Assembly (NCBI GenBank): GCA_035559275.1
Contig: DATMBN010000048.1
Location: 998 to 64,997 of the forward strand
From: Burkholderiaceae bacterium
GTDB taxonomy: Bacteria > Pseudomonadota > Gammaproteobacteria > Burkholderiales > Burkholderiaceae_C
Length of the DNA stretch: 64,000 nucleotides
Direction of reading: 5' to 3'
The position numbers were made by a program, and so were the translations under genes. Below the pieces are notes generated by a model. It did not search any database and was not told the DNA's origin. It saw only the letters and a list, made by a program, of their open reading frames with translations. Numbering within the stretch: the first letter of the stretch is position 1; each line of letters opens with the position of its first letter. Shown piece by piece: positions 18,458 to 32,014 of the stretch.

Positions 18458-18503
18458 ATGCTAGGTTTCGCGAGATGGCAGGGTCAACAACGAGATCTCG
18501 TAG
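18458..18503 (-). promoter_or_regulatory. Putative activator box plus sigma70 promoter of the luxR solo (autoregulation)
   Basis: Minus strand reads CTACGAGATCTCGTTG-TTGACC-N18-TAGCAT; contains the 12-bp palindrome ACGAGATCTCGT. Confidence 0.65.
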
Positions 18504-18742
18504 GGGGAGGGGCCCTCCCCGTCGTGTCCGCCCGCGCAGCCGGACACGGTTGGCGCCGGCCCCAGGTCGGCGCTTTCGTGGAGCGCGCCGAGCCGCTCTC
18601 GTTCAGCCTTGTCCAGACAGGCGCGTGAGGAACGCGAGCGTGCGGCCGAACGCAAGGTCCGGTGTGCGGGTGGCATGGCGCGCCCAGCAGTTGAACCCGT
18701 GCCGCGCGGAGAAGGAACGATCGCTGGAGCGCCGAATCCGGG

Positions 18743-19252
18743 TCAGAACGGAATGTCGTCGTCCATGTCGTCGAACCCGGTCGACGACTTGGGCGCCGGC
18801 TTGCCTGCGGGGCGCGAAGCGGGCGCGGCACGCTCGCTGCGAGCGCCGCCACCGCCTTCGTACGGCTCGCGGCTGTAGCCACCTTCGTCGCCGCCACCGG
18901 CCCCGCCGCCCATGCCCTCGCGGCTGCCGAGCAGCTGCATCTGCTCGGCGATGATCTCGGTCGTGTAGTTGTCCTTGCCGTCCTGGCCCTGCCACTTGCG
19001 GGTCTTCAGGCGGCCCTCCACATACACGGAGCGGCCTTTCTTGAGGTATTCGCCGGCAATCTCGGCCAGGCGGTCATAGAACACCACGCGGTGCCATTCG
19101 GTTTCTTCCTGGCGCTCGCCGCTGTCGCGGTTCTTCCAGTTGCGCGTGGTGGCCAGCGAGATGTTGCACACGGCCGAACCATTGGGCGTGTAGCGCACCT
19201 CGGGGTCGCGGCCGAGGTTGCCGATCAGGATGACTTTGTTGACAGAGGCCAT
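18743..19252 (-). CDS. ssb: Single-stranded DNA-binding protein
   Basis: [21 protein letters not shown]... with C-terminal DDDIPF. Confidence 0.99.
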   Translation of the reverse strand: MASVNKVILIGNLGRDPEVRYTPNGSAVCNISLATTRNWKNRDSGERQEETEWHRVVFYDRLAEIAGEYLKKGRSVYVEGRLKTRKWQGQDGKDNYTTEIIAEQMQLLGSREGMGGGAGGGDEGGYSREPYEGGGGARSERAAPASRPAGKPAPKSSTGFDDMDDDIPF

Positions 19253-19429
19253 GGGTCCGGCTCCTCCACAGGGAATGTGTTCGTGACGTACCGACGGGGT
19301 ACGGAAACGGGCTTGCCCGCATTATCGCCCCGGGCCCGGACGGTTTGGAGGCCCTTCGCCTCACCCCGATGAGGGGTGGCTCAGCGCCCGCCCCGCGCGG
19401 TTCCCGCGGCGGCACCCGGGGGCCCCACC

Positions 19430-20650
19430 TCAGACCGACGCTCGGTCGTGCGCCTGCACCGAGCGCCGCGCCGGCGCGCGCATGGGCCAGGCGAGGGCCA
19501 GCCACACCAGCATCAAGGCCGCGCACACCTGGAACACCGCGCCCGGCCCCCAGCGGGCCGCGACCTGTCCGCCGACCACGCCGCCGGCAAAAAGACCCAG
19601 CGACTGGCAGGTGTTGAAGGCCCCGAGGGCCAGCCCCTTGGCCGCCGGTGCCGCCACACGGGAGACCAGCGACGGCAGGGAAGCCTCCAGCAGGTTGTAG
19701 CCGACGAAGAAAGCGACCAGCGCGCCGATCAGCCAGACCGGGTCGGTCCAGCCGTATCCGAGGGCCCACTCGGTCAGGGCCAGCAGACCGATCGCGCCGA
19801 GGAAGGCGGCCCGCACCTGCCCGCGCCGCTCGCTCCACAGCATCACCGGCACCATCAGCACGAAGGAGAGCACCACCACCGCCAGGTACACCCAGCCGTG
19901 CTGCGCCACCGGCAGATCGGCGCGCTCGACCAGCGCCACCGGCACGACGACGAACATGGCCATCTGCACCAGGTGCAGCAGGAAGATACCGGCGCACAGG
20001 CGCTGCAGCTCCGCGTTCGCAAGCACCGTCCGCCAGCGCGGGGGCGCCGCCGGCCGCGGCATGGGCTGCGCGGGCGGCAGCCCGCGGGTGACGACGACGA
20101 TCGCACCCAGCGCCAACAGCCCGGTGAGCGTGAAGAGTCCCTCCATGCCGATCCAGGTGTAGAGCCAGGGCGCGAGCGCCAGCGAGAGCGCGAACGACAG
20201 ACCGATCGAGCCGCCCACCATGGCCATCGCCTTCGTCCGCACCTCGTCGCGGGTGTGGTCCGCAACGAGCGCGGTGACGGCGGCCGAGATCGCGCCGGCC
20301 CCTTGCAGCGCGCGGCCGACCACGATGACCCACAGCTCGTCCGCCATGGCGGCCACGAAGGAGCCGAGGGCGAACACCAGGAGGCCCGCGACGATGACGG
20401 GGCGCCGGCCCAGCCGGTCGGAGGCCGCGCCGTAGGGGATCTGCAGCACGGCCTGGGTGAGGCCGTAGATGCCGATGGCCAGGCCCACCAGTCCCATCTG
20501 CTCGCCGCCCGGCATCTGGCGCGCGTGCAGCGCGAACACCGGCAGGATGAGGAACAGGCCGAGCATGCGCAGCCCGAAGACCGCCGCCAGCCACAGGCTC
20601 GCGCGGCGTTCGGCGGCGGTCATGCGCAGGGAAACGGAGGGGTCGCTCAT
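19430..20650 (-). CDS. MFS transporter (YajR-like)
   Basis: [41 protein letters not shown] motif A; 406 aa from ATG 20650. Confidence 0.92.
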   Translation of the reverse strand: MSDPSVSLRMTAAERRASLWLAAVFGLRMLGLFLILPVFALHARQMPGGEQMGLVGLAIGIYGLTQAVLQIPYGAASDRLGRRPVIVAGLLVFALGSFVAAMADELWVIVVGRALQGAGAISAAVTALVADHTRDEVRTKAMAMVGGSIGLSFALSLALAPWLYTWIGMEGLFTLTGLLALGAIVVVTRGLPPAQPMPRPAAPPRWRTVLANAELQRLCAGIFLLHLVQMAMFVVVPVALVERADLPVAQHGWVYLAVVVLSFVLMVPVMLWSERRGQVRAAFLGAIGLLALTEWALGYGWTDPVWLIGALVAFFVGYNLLEASLPSLVSRVAAPAAKGLALGAFNTCQSLGLFAGGVVGGQVAARWGPGAVFQVCAALMLVWLALAWPMRAPARRSVQAHDRASV

Positions 20651-20766
20651 CGCTCGGGGAAAACCGCTATTGTCGCCGGTCCCGCCATGGGCCGCCCGGC
20701 GCCTCCTCGGCGCAGCCCGGGCCGGCAGGTGCGGTTTGCACAAGCCGCTACCATGCGTGCCTTGCC

Positions 20767-22743
20767 ATGCCAGACACCGCCACGCCGCCCCGCACCGCCG
20801 CCAGCACGCGCCCGCTCGACATCCTGCGCGAGGTGTTCGGCTACGACAGCTTCCGCGGCCAACAGGGCGCGATCGTCGAGCACGTCTCGGGCGGGGGCGA
20901 TGCGCTGGTGCTGATGCCCACCGGGGGCGGCAAGTCGCTGTGCTACCAGATCCCCGCGATCGCGCGCCATCGCGCCGGCCTTGGGGTGACGGTGGTCGTC
21001 TCGCCGCTCATCGCGCTGATGCACGACCAGGTCGGCGCGCTGGAAGAGGCCGGCGTGCACGCAGCCTTCCTCAACTCCACGCTCTCGCTGGAGGAAGCCC
21101 AGCAGGTCGAACGCGAGATGATGAGCGCGCGCCTCGTGCTGCTCTACGCCGCCCCCGAGCGGGTGACGACACCACGCTTCCTCGCGCAGCTGGAGTCGCT
21201 CTACCTGCGCGGCCGGCTCGCGCTCTTCGCGATCGACGAGGCGCACTGCGTCTCGCAATGGGGGCACGACTTCCGCAGCGAGTACCTGGGCTTGAGCGTG
21301 CTGCACGAGCGGTTCGCGGACGTGCCGCGCATCGCGCTGACCGCCACCGCCGACGAGCACACGCGCGCGGACATCATCGAGCGGCTGCAGCTGCAGGACG
21401 CGCGCGTCTTCATCAGCAGCTTCGACCGGCCCAACATCCGCTACACCATCGTCGAGAAGGACCACCCGCGCACGCAGCTGCTGCGCTTCATCCGCGACGA
21501 GCACGAGGGCGAGGCGGGCATCGTCTACTGCCAGTCGCGCAAGAAGGTAGAGGAAACCGCCGCCTGGCTCAACGAGGAGGGCATCCCTGCCCTGCCCTAC
21601 CATGCGGGGCTGGACGCCTCGGTGCGCCAGCAGCACCAGGACCGGTTCCTGCGCGAGGAGGGGCTGGTGATGGTCGCGACCATCGCCTTCGGCATGGGCA
21701 TCGACAAACCGGACGTGCGCTTCGTCGCACACCTGGACCTGCCCAAGAACATCGAGAGCTATTACCAGGAGACCGGCCGGGCGGGCCGCGACGGGCAGCC
21801 TGCCGAGGCGTGGATGGCCTACGGCCTGGCCGACGTCGTCAACCAACGGCGCATGATCGACGAAAGCCCCGCGAGCGAGGACTTCAAGCGCGTGCAGCGC
21901 GGCAAGCTGGATGCGCTCCTGGCTTTGGCCGAGACGCACGAATGCCGGCGGGTGCGGCTCCTGGGCTACTTCGGCGAAGACTACGGAGCTGCCGCGCCGG
22001 CCGCGGCGGCCCCCCAACGAGGGGGCAGCCCCGTGGGGCGGCAGGCAGAGCCCGAAGCGCCGACGATGAGGGCACGATGCGGCAATTGCGACAACTGCCT
22101 CGCGCCGCCGGCCACCTGGGACGCGACGGACGCCGCGCGCAAGGCACTGTCGTGCATCTACCGCTTCCACCAGCACGGCGCGCACGGCGCCGCGCCCCGC
22201 GCCTTCGGGGCCGGGCACCTGATCGACGTGCTGCGGGGCAAGCGCACCGAGAAGGTCCTGCAGTACGGCCACGAGCACCTGAGCACCTTCGGCATCGGCG
22301 CCGATTTGACCGACACGCAGTGGCGCAGCGTCCTGCGGCAGCTGGTGGCACTGGGCCACGTGAGCGCGCAGGGCGAGTACCACACGCTGCACCTGTCGGA
22401 CAGCGCCCGCGCGGTGCTGCGCGGCCAGGTGCAGATGCTGCTGCGCGTGCCCGCCGAGCCGGCCAGGGCGCGCGCAGCGCGCAACCGCACCCTCAAGGCG
22501 ACCGCCTTGCCCGCCGAACTCGACGCCGCCGCGCAGGCCCGCTTCCTCGCGCTCAAGGCCTGGCGGGCCGAGGTGGCACGCGAGCACAACCTGCCGGCCT
22601 ACGTCGTCTTCCACGACGCCACGCTCGCCGACATGGCGCGCCGCGCGCCCGCGACGATGGAAGAGCTGGCCGGCGTGAGCGGCGTCGGAGCGAAGAAACT
22701 GGAGGCCTACGGGCGCGAGATCCTGCGCGTGCTGCAGGGCTGA
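20767..22743 (+). CDS. recQ: ATP-dependent DNA helicase RecQ
   Basis: [38 protein letters not shown], Zn module CRR...CGNCDNC, RQC and HRDC domains. Confidence 0.98.
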   Translation: MPDTATPPRTAASTRPLDILREVFGYDSFRGQQGAIVEHVSGGGDALVLMPTGGGKSLCYQIPAIARHRAGLGVTVVVSPLIALMHDQVGALEEAGVHAAFLNSTLSLEEAQQVEREMMSARLVLLYAAPERVTTPRFLAQLESLYLRGRLALFAIDEAHCVSQWGHDFRSEYLGLSVLHERFADVPRIALTATADEHTRADIIERLQLQDARVFISSFDRPNIRYTIVEKDHPRTQLLRFIRDEHEGEAGIVYCQSRKKVEETAAWLNEEGIPALPYHAGLDASVRQQHQDRFLREEGLVMVATIAFGMGIDKPDVRFVAHLDLPKNIESYYQETGRAGRDGQPAEAWMAYGLADVVNQRRMIDESPASEDFKRVQRGKLDALLALAETHECRRVRLLGYFGEDYGAAAPAAAAPQRGGSPVGRQAEPEAPTMRARCGNCDNCLAPPATWDATDAARKALSCIYRFHQHGAHGAAPRAFGAGHLIDVLRGKRTEKVLQYGHEHLSTFGIGADLTDTQWRSVLRQLVALGHVSAQGEYHTLHLSDSARAVLRGQVQMLLRVPAEPARARAARNRTLKATALPAELDAAAQARFLALKAWRAEVAREHNLPAYVVFHDATLADMARRAPATMEELAGVSGVGAKKLEAYGREILRVLQG

Positions 22744-22909
22744 GGCCCGGCGCCCGGCCGCCCGAAGCCGGGCCGCAACCCCCACGGGGGGTGGGGCGCA
22801 AGCCCCCGGGGGCACAGATACAAGGCCCGGCGCCCGGCCGCCCGAAGCCGGGCCGCAACCCCCACGGGGGGTGGGGCGCAAGCCCCGGGGCAAAGATACA
22901 AGGCCCGGC
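22741..22909 (+). repeat. Two tandem copies (80 and 78 nt) plus a partial third start of a GC-rich palindromic REP/MITE-like element
   Basis: AGGCCCGGCGCCCGGCCGCCCGAAGCCGGGCCGCAACCCCCACGGGGGGTGGGGCGCAAGCCCC starts at 22743 and again at 22823; AGGCCCGGC recurs at 22901. Confidence 0.92.
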
Positions 22910-22933
22910 TCCGGGGCCAAGGTCCAAGCCGCG

Positions 22934-23314
22934 CTACTGCAGCATCCCCCACAGACGCCGCAACAGTTCGTGCGCCCAGGGCGGCAGATCTTCCGTGAAG
23001 GGCTCCTCCTGGCCGTACTCGTCACCCTCGATCACCGCGCTGTGGGTCAGGGTGCCTCGACCCGACACCTGCAGCGACAGCCAGCCGCGTTCGCCCGCCT
23101 CCCAAGTGAAGGTGAGCGCGCCGTCGGGCTCGGCCTGCAGCGCCGGAGGCGGCCAGCCGCGTTCGACCAGCGCCAGCAGGCGCTGCGCCTCGGCCAGCGT
23201 CTGCGGGCTGGGCCAGGCCCAGGCTCGGTCCTCCACCAGCGAGCGGACTTCTTCCAGCGCCGCGGCCAGGGCGGGCGGCAGGGCATCGGCGGGCGGGGCG
23301 GCGGGTGCGTTCAT
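22934..23314 (-). CDS. Hypothetical protein (126 aa)
   Basis: ATG 23314 with plausible globular composition (PPPALQAEPDGALTFTWEAG...); family not recognised. Confidence 0.7.
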   Translation of the reverse strand: MNAPAAPPADALPPALAAALEEVRSLVEDRAWAWPSPQTLAEAQRLLALVERGWPPPALQAEPDGALTFTWEAGERGWLSLQVSGRGTLTHSAVIEGDEYGQEEPFTEDLPPWAHELLRRLWGMLQ

Positions 23315-23439
23315 GACGACATTCTGAGGGCCGTGCAACCACCTGCTGCGCGCAGGGGTGTTGCGCGTACGGGTTGTCGCGACGCGAGGGTCCGCACTAC
23401 CGTTGGCGTCCCGACAACCCACACAGCGAAGGAGCCCGC

Positions 23440-23865
23440 ATGAAGCGCAGCGCATCGGCCGTATGGTCCGGCGGCCTGAAAGACGGCAAGGGACGAATCT
23501 CGTCGCAAAGCGGCGTGCTCAGCGACACGCAGTACGGCTTCTCGACCCGATTCGAGGACGGCGCCGGCACCAACCCGGAGGAGTTGATCGCCGCCGCTCA
23601 CGCCGGCTGCTTCTCGATGGCGCTGTCGGCGCAGCTCGGGGCGGCCGGCATGACGGCCGAACGCATCGAGACGCAGGCGACGGTCACGCTGGACAAGATC
23701 GGCGACGGGTTCCAGATCACGCAGGTGCATCTGCAGCTCGCCGCGAAGATCCCGGGCGCCGACCAGCAGGCCTTCGAAGCGGCAGCGCAAAAGGCCAAGG
23801 AAGGCTGCCCGGTCTCCAAGGTGCTCAACGCGAAGATCACGCTGGACGCCCGGCTCGAGGCGTGA
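23440..23865 (+). CDS. osmC: OsmC family peroxiredoxin
   Basis: TNPEELIAAAHAGCFSMALS and CPVSKVLN; GGAG SD before ATG 23440. Confidence 0.95.
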   Translation: MKRSASAVWSGGLKDGKGRISSQSGVLSDTQYGFSTRFEDGAGTNPEELIAAAHAGCFSMALSAQLGAAGMTAERIETQATVTLDKIGDGFQITQVHLQLAAKIPGADQQAFEAAAQKAKEGCPVSKVLNAKITLDARLEA

Positions 23866-23870
23866 GCCCG

Positions 23871-23912
23871 TAGGGCGCCTTCCCCACGCCCACGGACGGG
23901 GCGGGCGCCCTA
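23871..23912. terminator. Hairpin between convergent osmC and lipoprotein genes
   Basis: TAGGGCGCC (23871-23879) pairs with GGCGCCCTA (23904-23912); no clear U-tract. Confidence 0.45.
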
Positions 23913-23945
23913 TCCTCCCGCCCCTACGTGCGCATCACTGGTGCG

Positions 23946-24359
23946 TCACGGCTGCACCGTCACCGTCACGACCTCGCTGTACCCCCGCTGACCCCATGTG
24001 TCGTAGGCAATGGCCTGGTACCGCCACGGGCCGCCAGCCGCGGGCGCCTGCAGCACGAGTTCGTGCGGGCGCTGTGTGTCTTCCCGCAGGAAACGCCGGC
24101 TGCCGTCGGGCAGCACCTCGAAGAAGTCGACCTGCTCCACCCCGCCATCGTCCCGGGCGTCGGCCACCAGCGTGAAGGTGCCGCCGGGGGCGACCACCGC
24201 GGGCTGCACCGACAGCGAGACCCGTGGCGCGTCGTCGTCATCGTCGCCGATCCCGATCCCGATGCCCCAGGAAATGCCGCCTCCGCAGGCCGCCAGCAGG
24301 CAGGCGGCCGCGGCCAGGGCCGGGACGAGACGGCGGCGGTAGGCAGGCGGCGAGGTCAT
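23946..24359 (-). CDS. Lipoprotein with a bacterial Ig-like domain
   Basis: Lipobox LAAC; APRVSLS...[18 protein letters not shown]...YQAIAYD...SEVVTVTV is Ig-like. Confidence 0.75.
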   Translation of the reverse strand: MTSPPAYRRRLVPALAAAACLLAACGGGISWGIGIGIGDDDDDAPRVSLSVQPAVVAPGGTFTLVADARDDGGVEQVDFFEVLPDGSRRFLREDTQRPHELVLQAPAAGGPWRYQAIAYDTWGQRGYSEVVTVTVQP

Positions 24360-24450
24360 ACCCGCATGCTACCGCGCCCGCCCTCCGCACGGCCGGTGGC
24401 ACGGGTGCTGCTCGCCACTATCATGGTGGGTTTTCCGCACCTGCCGCGTC

Positions 24451-27467
<3,017 letters not shown>

Positions 27468-27471
<4 letters not shown>

Positions 27472-29477
27472 ACGCCCGGCGCCAGGGCCTCCCGCCGCGC
27501 CTTGGCGTTGCCGATCCAGATGCCGGCCAGCACCAGCACGATCACCGCCGCCTGCGCCAGCACGCCTTCGAGCGTCGGGTAGATGCCCAGGAGGGGAACC
27601 GTGACGAAGGGGATGGCAGTCGCCTCGATCACGCCGGCTTCCTGCAGCGCGGCCACGCCATTGCCGGCGAACACCACCGCCAGCAGCGCGAGCAGCCAGG
27701 ACGTGGCCGCAAAGAACGGCCCGATCGGCAGGCGCACGCTGTACTTGAGGATCGCCCACGCCAGCACCGTGAGCAGCACCGCGGCCGCCGCGATCCCGGC
27801 CAGCACCGCCTGGTGCGCCTGCGGCCCGGCCTGGCTCCACAACGACTGGTAGAACAGGATGATCTCGAACAGCTCGCGGTACACCGCGAGGAAGGAGACC
27901 GCCGCCATCGCCCACAGCGTGCGCTTTTGCAGCGCGCCGGTCACCTGGTCGCGGATGAAGCGCTGCCACGCCTGCGCGTGCGACTTGCTGTGCAGCCAGT
28001 AACCCACGTAGAGCAGCATCGCGGCCGCGAGCAGTGCGGTCACGCCCTCGGTCAGCTCACGGCTCGCACCGGAGATGTCCACCACGTAGCTGGCCACCGC
28101 CCACGTCGCCAGGCCCAGCGCCACAGCGCCCACCCAGCCGACGTGCACGTAGGCGATGGCATCGCGGCGCCCCGTCTTGCGCACGAAGGCGACGATGGCC
28201 GCGAGGACCACGATGGCCTCCAACCCCTCGCGCAGCAGGATCAGCAGCGAACTGACGAAGGCCGTGGTCGGCGACAGGCTGCCGGCCGACAGCATCTGTT
28301 CGGCCCGGTCGATCAGCGCCTCGACCTTGGCGACCTGGGTGGCCACCGCCTCCGGTGACTGCCCTTGGCCGATCGCCTGGCGCAATGCCATCATCTCGCG
28401 CTCGACCTGCGCGCGCAGCGCGCCGTCGAGGTTGTCCAGGCTGCTTTCGACCAGCTCGAAGCCTTCGAGGTAGGCGCTGATGGCCAGCTGCCTCGCGCCT
28501 TCCTGGTCGCCAGCACGGTAGCGCTCGAGGCTGCGCTCGATCTGGGCGCGCGCGAAGGCCAGCGGCGCGGGCTTGCCTTCATCCAGCGCCCCCGGGTTGG
28601 CGGTGAGCCAGGCCTGGGCGGCGGCGGCGGGCTCGCCTTCGGCGGCGGCCACCTCGCCGGGCGTCATCGTCACCAGGGCCTGCAGCGAACGCAGGGTCTG
28701 GCGGCCCTGCCCGTCGCGCCAGGCCGCCTGCCCCGCGGCGAGCGCGGCCGGGTCGTGCCGCATGGCAGCGACGAAGAAGGCCAGCGCCCAGCGGTCCTCG
28801 TCGGAGATCTGCTTGAAGCCGGGCATGGCGGTGTCCGCCACGCCCAAGGTGATGGTGTTGTAGAGCCCGTAGACGCTGCGCGAGCGCATGCGCTCGGCGT
28901 CATGGAAGTTGGCGGGGGCAGGGTCCATCGCGGGGGTGGCCGCAGGTCCGTCCCCCCGTCCCTGCGCGCCGTGGCAGGCCGCGCACTGCGCCTCGTAGAT
29001 GCCTGCGGCCACGCGCAGGTCGGGCGCGCGCTTGGGCGCCACCGCGAGCCGGTAGACCTTCACCACGTCCCATCGCAGTGCGTCCGCCGCGCGCGACACC
29101 TCCTCGGCCGGTGCCTTGGCGTCGATGCGCGCCTTGAGCTGCGCCGTCTGCTGCACCAGGCGCTCGCGTTCGGGCACCGCCGGCATGCGTTGCAACAACT
29201 GCGCGACCTGGCCGACGAACTCCACCTGCTCCTGGTACTCCGCCTCGTCGACCACCTGCCCGTCCTTGACGGTGGGGGGGTAGTCGACCGCGACGTAGTC
29301 CAGCAGGTGGACGATGGTCGGGCCGGTGTCGGCATCCGCGGCGGCCTCCTGGGCGGCGGCGGGGCGTGGCGGGGCCATGATCCACAAGGCAAGGCCCAGC
29401 GCCAGGAGCGCGAAAGGGGCACAGTGGGCACGCAGCGCGCGCAGGGCACGCAGGACGAGCGGCCGGATCGGGTTCAT
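27468..29477 (-). CDS. Cytochrome c / FTR1-family iron permease fusion (PbrT-like)
   Basis: CAACH heme motif, REGLE and RELFE permease motifs, multiple TM segments; alternative start at 29495. Confidence 0.93.
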
Positions 29478-29603
29478 CGGACTCTCCGAAGGCACAGGGC
29501 GAAGTACCAGCCAGCGCCCGACGCGCGGGCCATGCGAGGCAGGGATACGTCAGGCACCCGCCGCGTGCGCGCCAGCTGGCATGCAGGACGAGCACGCAAG
29601 TGT

Positions 29604-29622
29604 AATGCGAATTAGTCGTATT
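29604..29622. promoter_or_regulatory. Putative Fur box upstream of the FTR1 permease
   Basis: AATGCGAAT-T-AGTCGTATT, a 9-1-9 inverted repeat with 2 mismatches, AT-rich in a GC-rich context, ~127 nt upstream of the ATG. Confidence 0.7.
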
Positions 29623-29757
29623 CGTGAATACAGGCAGACGGGCCAAGTTCCCGGGGCACGCCGCCCGGAGCACCCCGACATCCCAGGGTCATTGGGCCGT
29701 CGCTAGACTGGCCCGCGGCCGTCGAGGTCCGCCCACCCCCACCACAGAGGAGATGCC

Positions 29758-30363
29758 GTGAGCCTGCGCGTGGACTACTACTTCGCTCCCCAGTCGCCCT
29801 GGGCCTACCTGGGCCACCAGCGCTTCTGGGACATGGCCCTGAAGCACCGGGTGCAGATCCGCGTGCTGCCCGTGGACCTGGGCGGACGGGTGTTCCCGGT
29901 GTCCGGCGGGCTGCCCCTGTCCAAGCGTGCACCGCAGCGCCAGGCCTACCGCCTGCTCGAACTGCGTCGCTTTGGCGAGCACCTGGGGCTTCCCATCAAC
30001 ATCGAGCCCAAGTACTTCCCCGTCGCGGGCGATGACGCCGCCCGCCTCATCATCGCCGTCGAGATGCACGACGGCACCGAGGCAGCGATGCGCATTGCCG
30101 GCGCGGTGATGCGCGCGGTCTGGGTCGAGGAGCGCAACATCGCCGACGAGAGCGTGCTGGCGGCGCTGCTCACCGAGACCGACCTGCCCGCCCGCCGCCT
30201 GGAGGACTCGCACAGCCAGGCCGCGCACGAGCGCTACGAGGCCAACACCGAGCAGGCGATCGCCGCGGGCGTGTTCGGGGCGCCCAGCTACGTGATCGAC
30301 GGCGAACTCTTCTGGGGTCAGGACCGGCTCGACTTCGTCGAGCGACGACTGCAGCGCGGCTGA
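29758..30363 (+). CDS. 2-hydroxychromene-2-carboxylate isomerase / DsbA-like (GST-kappa) family protein
   Basis: [14 protein letters not shown] and [24 protein letters not shown]. Confidence 0.92.
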   Translation: MSLRVDYYFAPQSPWAYLGHQRFWDMALKHRVQIRVLPVDLGGRVFPVSGGLPLSKRAPQRQAYRLLELRRFGEHLGLPINIEPKYFPVAGDDAARLIIAVEMHDGTEAAMRIAGAVMRAVWVEERNIADESVLAALLTETDLPARRLEDSHSQAAHERYEANTEQAIAAGVFGAPSYVIDGELFWGQDRLDFVERRLQRG

Positions 30364-30371
30364 AGGTTGCC

Positions 30372-31280
30372 ATGCCCGGCGTTCGCCCCGATCCGATGCG
30401 GCGCCTGTGGGTCGCCGCCCTGCTGTGCGCCGCCGGGCCCCTGCGCGCGAACGACAAGGCCGCGCCGGGAAGCGACGCCCCGGCACCTTACGCAGGCCCG
30501 CTCTTCGACGCGCACCTGCACTACAACGACGAGGCACAAGGGCCTCATCCGCTGCCGGACGTGCTGGGCCGCATGCAACGCAGCGGCGTGCGCGCCGTGC
30601 TCGCCAACAGCCGGCCCAACGACGGCACCCTCACGCTCGCGTCGGCGCGCGAGGCGACGGCCGCGGCGGGCGTCACCGTGGTGCCCTTCGTGCGCCTGTA
30701 CCGCCACCGCGCCGACTACACCGGCTGGTTCGCCGACGAGTCCATCTACACGATGGTCGAGGAGATGCTCCCCCGCGGCACCCCGGCGGGCCCCTTCCGG
30801 GGGATCGGGGAATTCCACCTCTACGACAGCGCCAACGCCGACGGCCCGGTGGCGCGGAAACTGATGCAGCTGGCCGAGCGCCGCGGCCTGGCGGTGCTCG
30901 CGCATTGCGACGACGTGGCGGTCGACAAACTGCTCGCGCACGCGCCAGGGGCGCGGTTGATCTGGGCCCACACCGGCATCAGCGGCGTGCCGCTCGAACG
31001 CGTGCAGCGCATGCTGGAGCAGTACCCCACGCTCCACGGCGAGCTGTCTTACCGCCCCGGGCTGACGCAGGACGACGGCCAGCTGACGCCGCAGTGGCGC
31101 GCGCTGCTGCTGTCCTGGCCGCGGCGTTTCATGGTCGGCTCCGACACCTGGATCAACGCGCGATGGCAGTACTACGAGGCGCTGATGCGCGCCTACCGGG
31201 TGTGGCTCGCAGGGTTGCCAGCCGACACCGCCCGCCGCATCGCCTGGGGCAATGCCGCGGGGCTGTTCGGGCTGGAGTGA
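30372..31280 (+). CDS. Amidohydrolase-family metallo-hydrolase, probably exported
   Basis: Signal-like N-terminus; DAHLH, GIGEFH, AHCD, WAHTG and GSDT motifs. Confidence 0.82.
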   Translation: MPGVRPDPMRRLWVAALLCAAGPLRANDKAAPGSDAPAPYAGPLFDAHLHYNDEAQGPHPLPDVLGRMQRSGVRAVLANSRPNDGTLTLASAREATAAAGVTVVPFVRLYRHRADYTGWFADESIYTMVEEMLPRGTPAGPFRGIGEFHLYDSANADGPVARKLMQLAERRGLAVLAHCDDVAVDKLLAHAPGARLIWAHTGISGVPLERVQRMLEQYPTLHGELSYRPGLTQDDGQLTPQWRALLLSWPRRFMVGSDTWINARWQYYEALMRAYRVWLAGLPADTARRIAWGNAAGLFGLE

Positions 31281-31292
31281 GTCCGCGGCCCC

Positions 31293-31853
31293 TTAGCGAT
31301 TCACGTCGCCACGCGCGCGGCGCAGGCAGGCGTCCTTGGCATCACCCGAGAAGTTCTCGCACCTCTCTTCTTCCGCGTCGCGGCGCGCATCACGGGCCTG
31401 CTCGCGGGCGTCGCGGTGCGCATCGGCGCTGCGCCGTTCGGCCCTCGCGTCGGCGCGGGCCTTCTCGTACGCCGCGCGCGCCTCCTTCATGCACACGTCC
31501 TTGGCGTTGCCCCCAAGCTCCTCGCAGCGCTCCTCGGCGAGTTCATGTTCGGCCTCCGCGATGTCCTGGGCCGCTTCCTCGCGGGCCTCGGGCGTGTTCC
31601 TGTAGCGGGCCTCGGCCTGCGCGGTGGCGCGGGTGCGCTCCAGTTCCGCCTGCTCCTCGCAGATGTCCTTGGCATTGCCTGCCAGGCTCCTGCACTGCTT
31701 GCGTGCGTTGTCGTACTGCACCTGCGCCGCATCTCGCGCCTGGTCGTACGCCCCTCGATCGCCGGATTGGCTCATCGCGCCGCCCGCCGCGAAACCCAGG
31801 GCCACGACCGCGGCCTGTGCGATGCGGGACAAAGACTTGCGTGCATCGTTCAT
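31293..31853 (-). CDS. Secreted helical protein with three CxxLxGxAKDxC repeats
   Basis: Signal peptide; repeats CRSLAGNAKDIC, CEELGGNAKDVC, CENFSGDAKDAC. Confidence 0.8.
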   Translation of the reverse strand: MNDARKSLSRIAQAAVVALGFAAGGAMSQSGDRGAYDQARDAAQVQYDNARKQCRSLAGNAKDICEEQAELERTRATAQAEARYRNTPEAREEAAQDIAEAEHELAEERCEELGGNAKDVCMKEARAAYEKARADARAERRSADAHRDAREQARDARRDAEEERCENFSGDAKDACLRRARGDVNR

Positions 31854-32014
31854 TGCTTCCTCCTCGTGCATCCTCGCGGGAGGCCGACGCCCGCCGGCCC
31901 GCCACTTTCACGCCTAGGGTAGGCGGTGGCGCGAGACGGGCTCGCCGGGCGGGGGCCGACGCAGGCATCGGACGGGAGGAAACCGCGTGTCGGAACCGTC
32001 CGACACCGTGAGAG

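Noticed and set aside
18504-18742. Possible sRNA/riboswitch between ssb and luxR, including the GGGGAGGG-G-CCCTCCCC inverted repeat (18504-18520)
   Set aside because: No recognisable RNA family motif. The inverted repeat may be an ssb terminator or insulator, but this cannot be supported without Rfam or RNA-seq.
22741-22909. Possible CRISPR array
   Set aside because: The units are near-identical across their whole 78-80 nt with no unique spacers, and no cas genes are present; this is a REP/MITE-like tandem.
10234-23367. Exact 14-mer AGGGGTGTTGCGCG shared by the pilin upstream region (10234-10247) and the hypothetical/osmC intergenic region (23354-23367); related 12-mer inverted at 3665-3676
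   Set aside because: Distances to start codons and orientations are inconsistent, and one copy is inside sctU coding sequence. Such matches are plausible by chance in GC-rich DNA.
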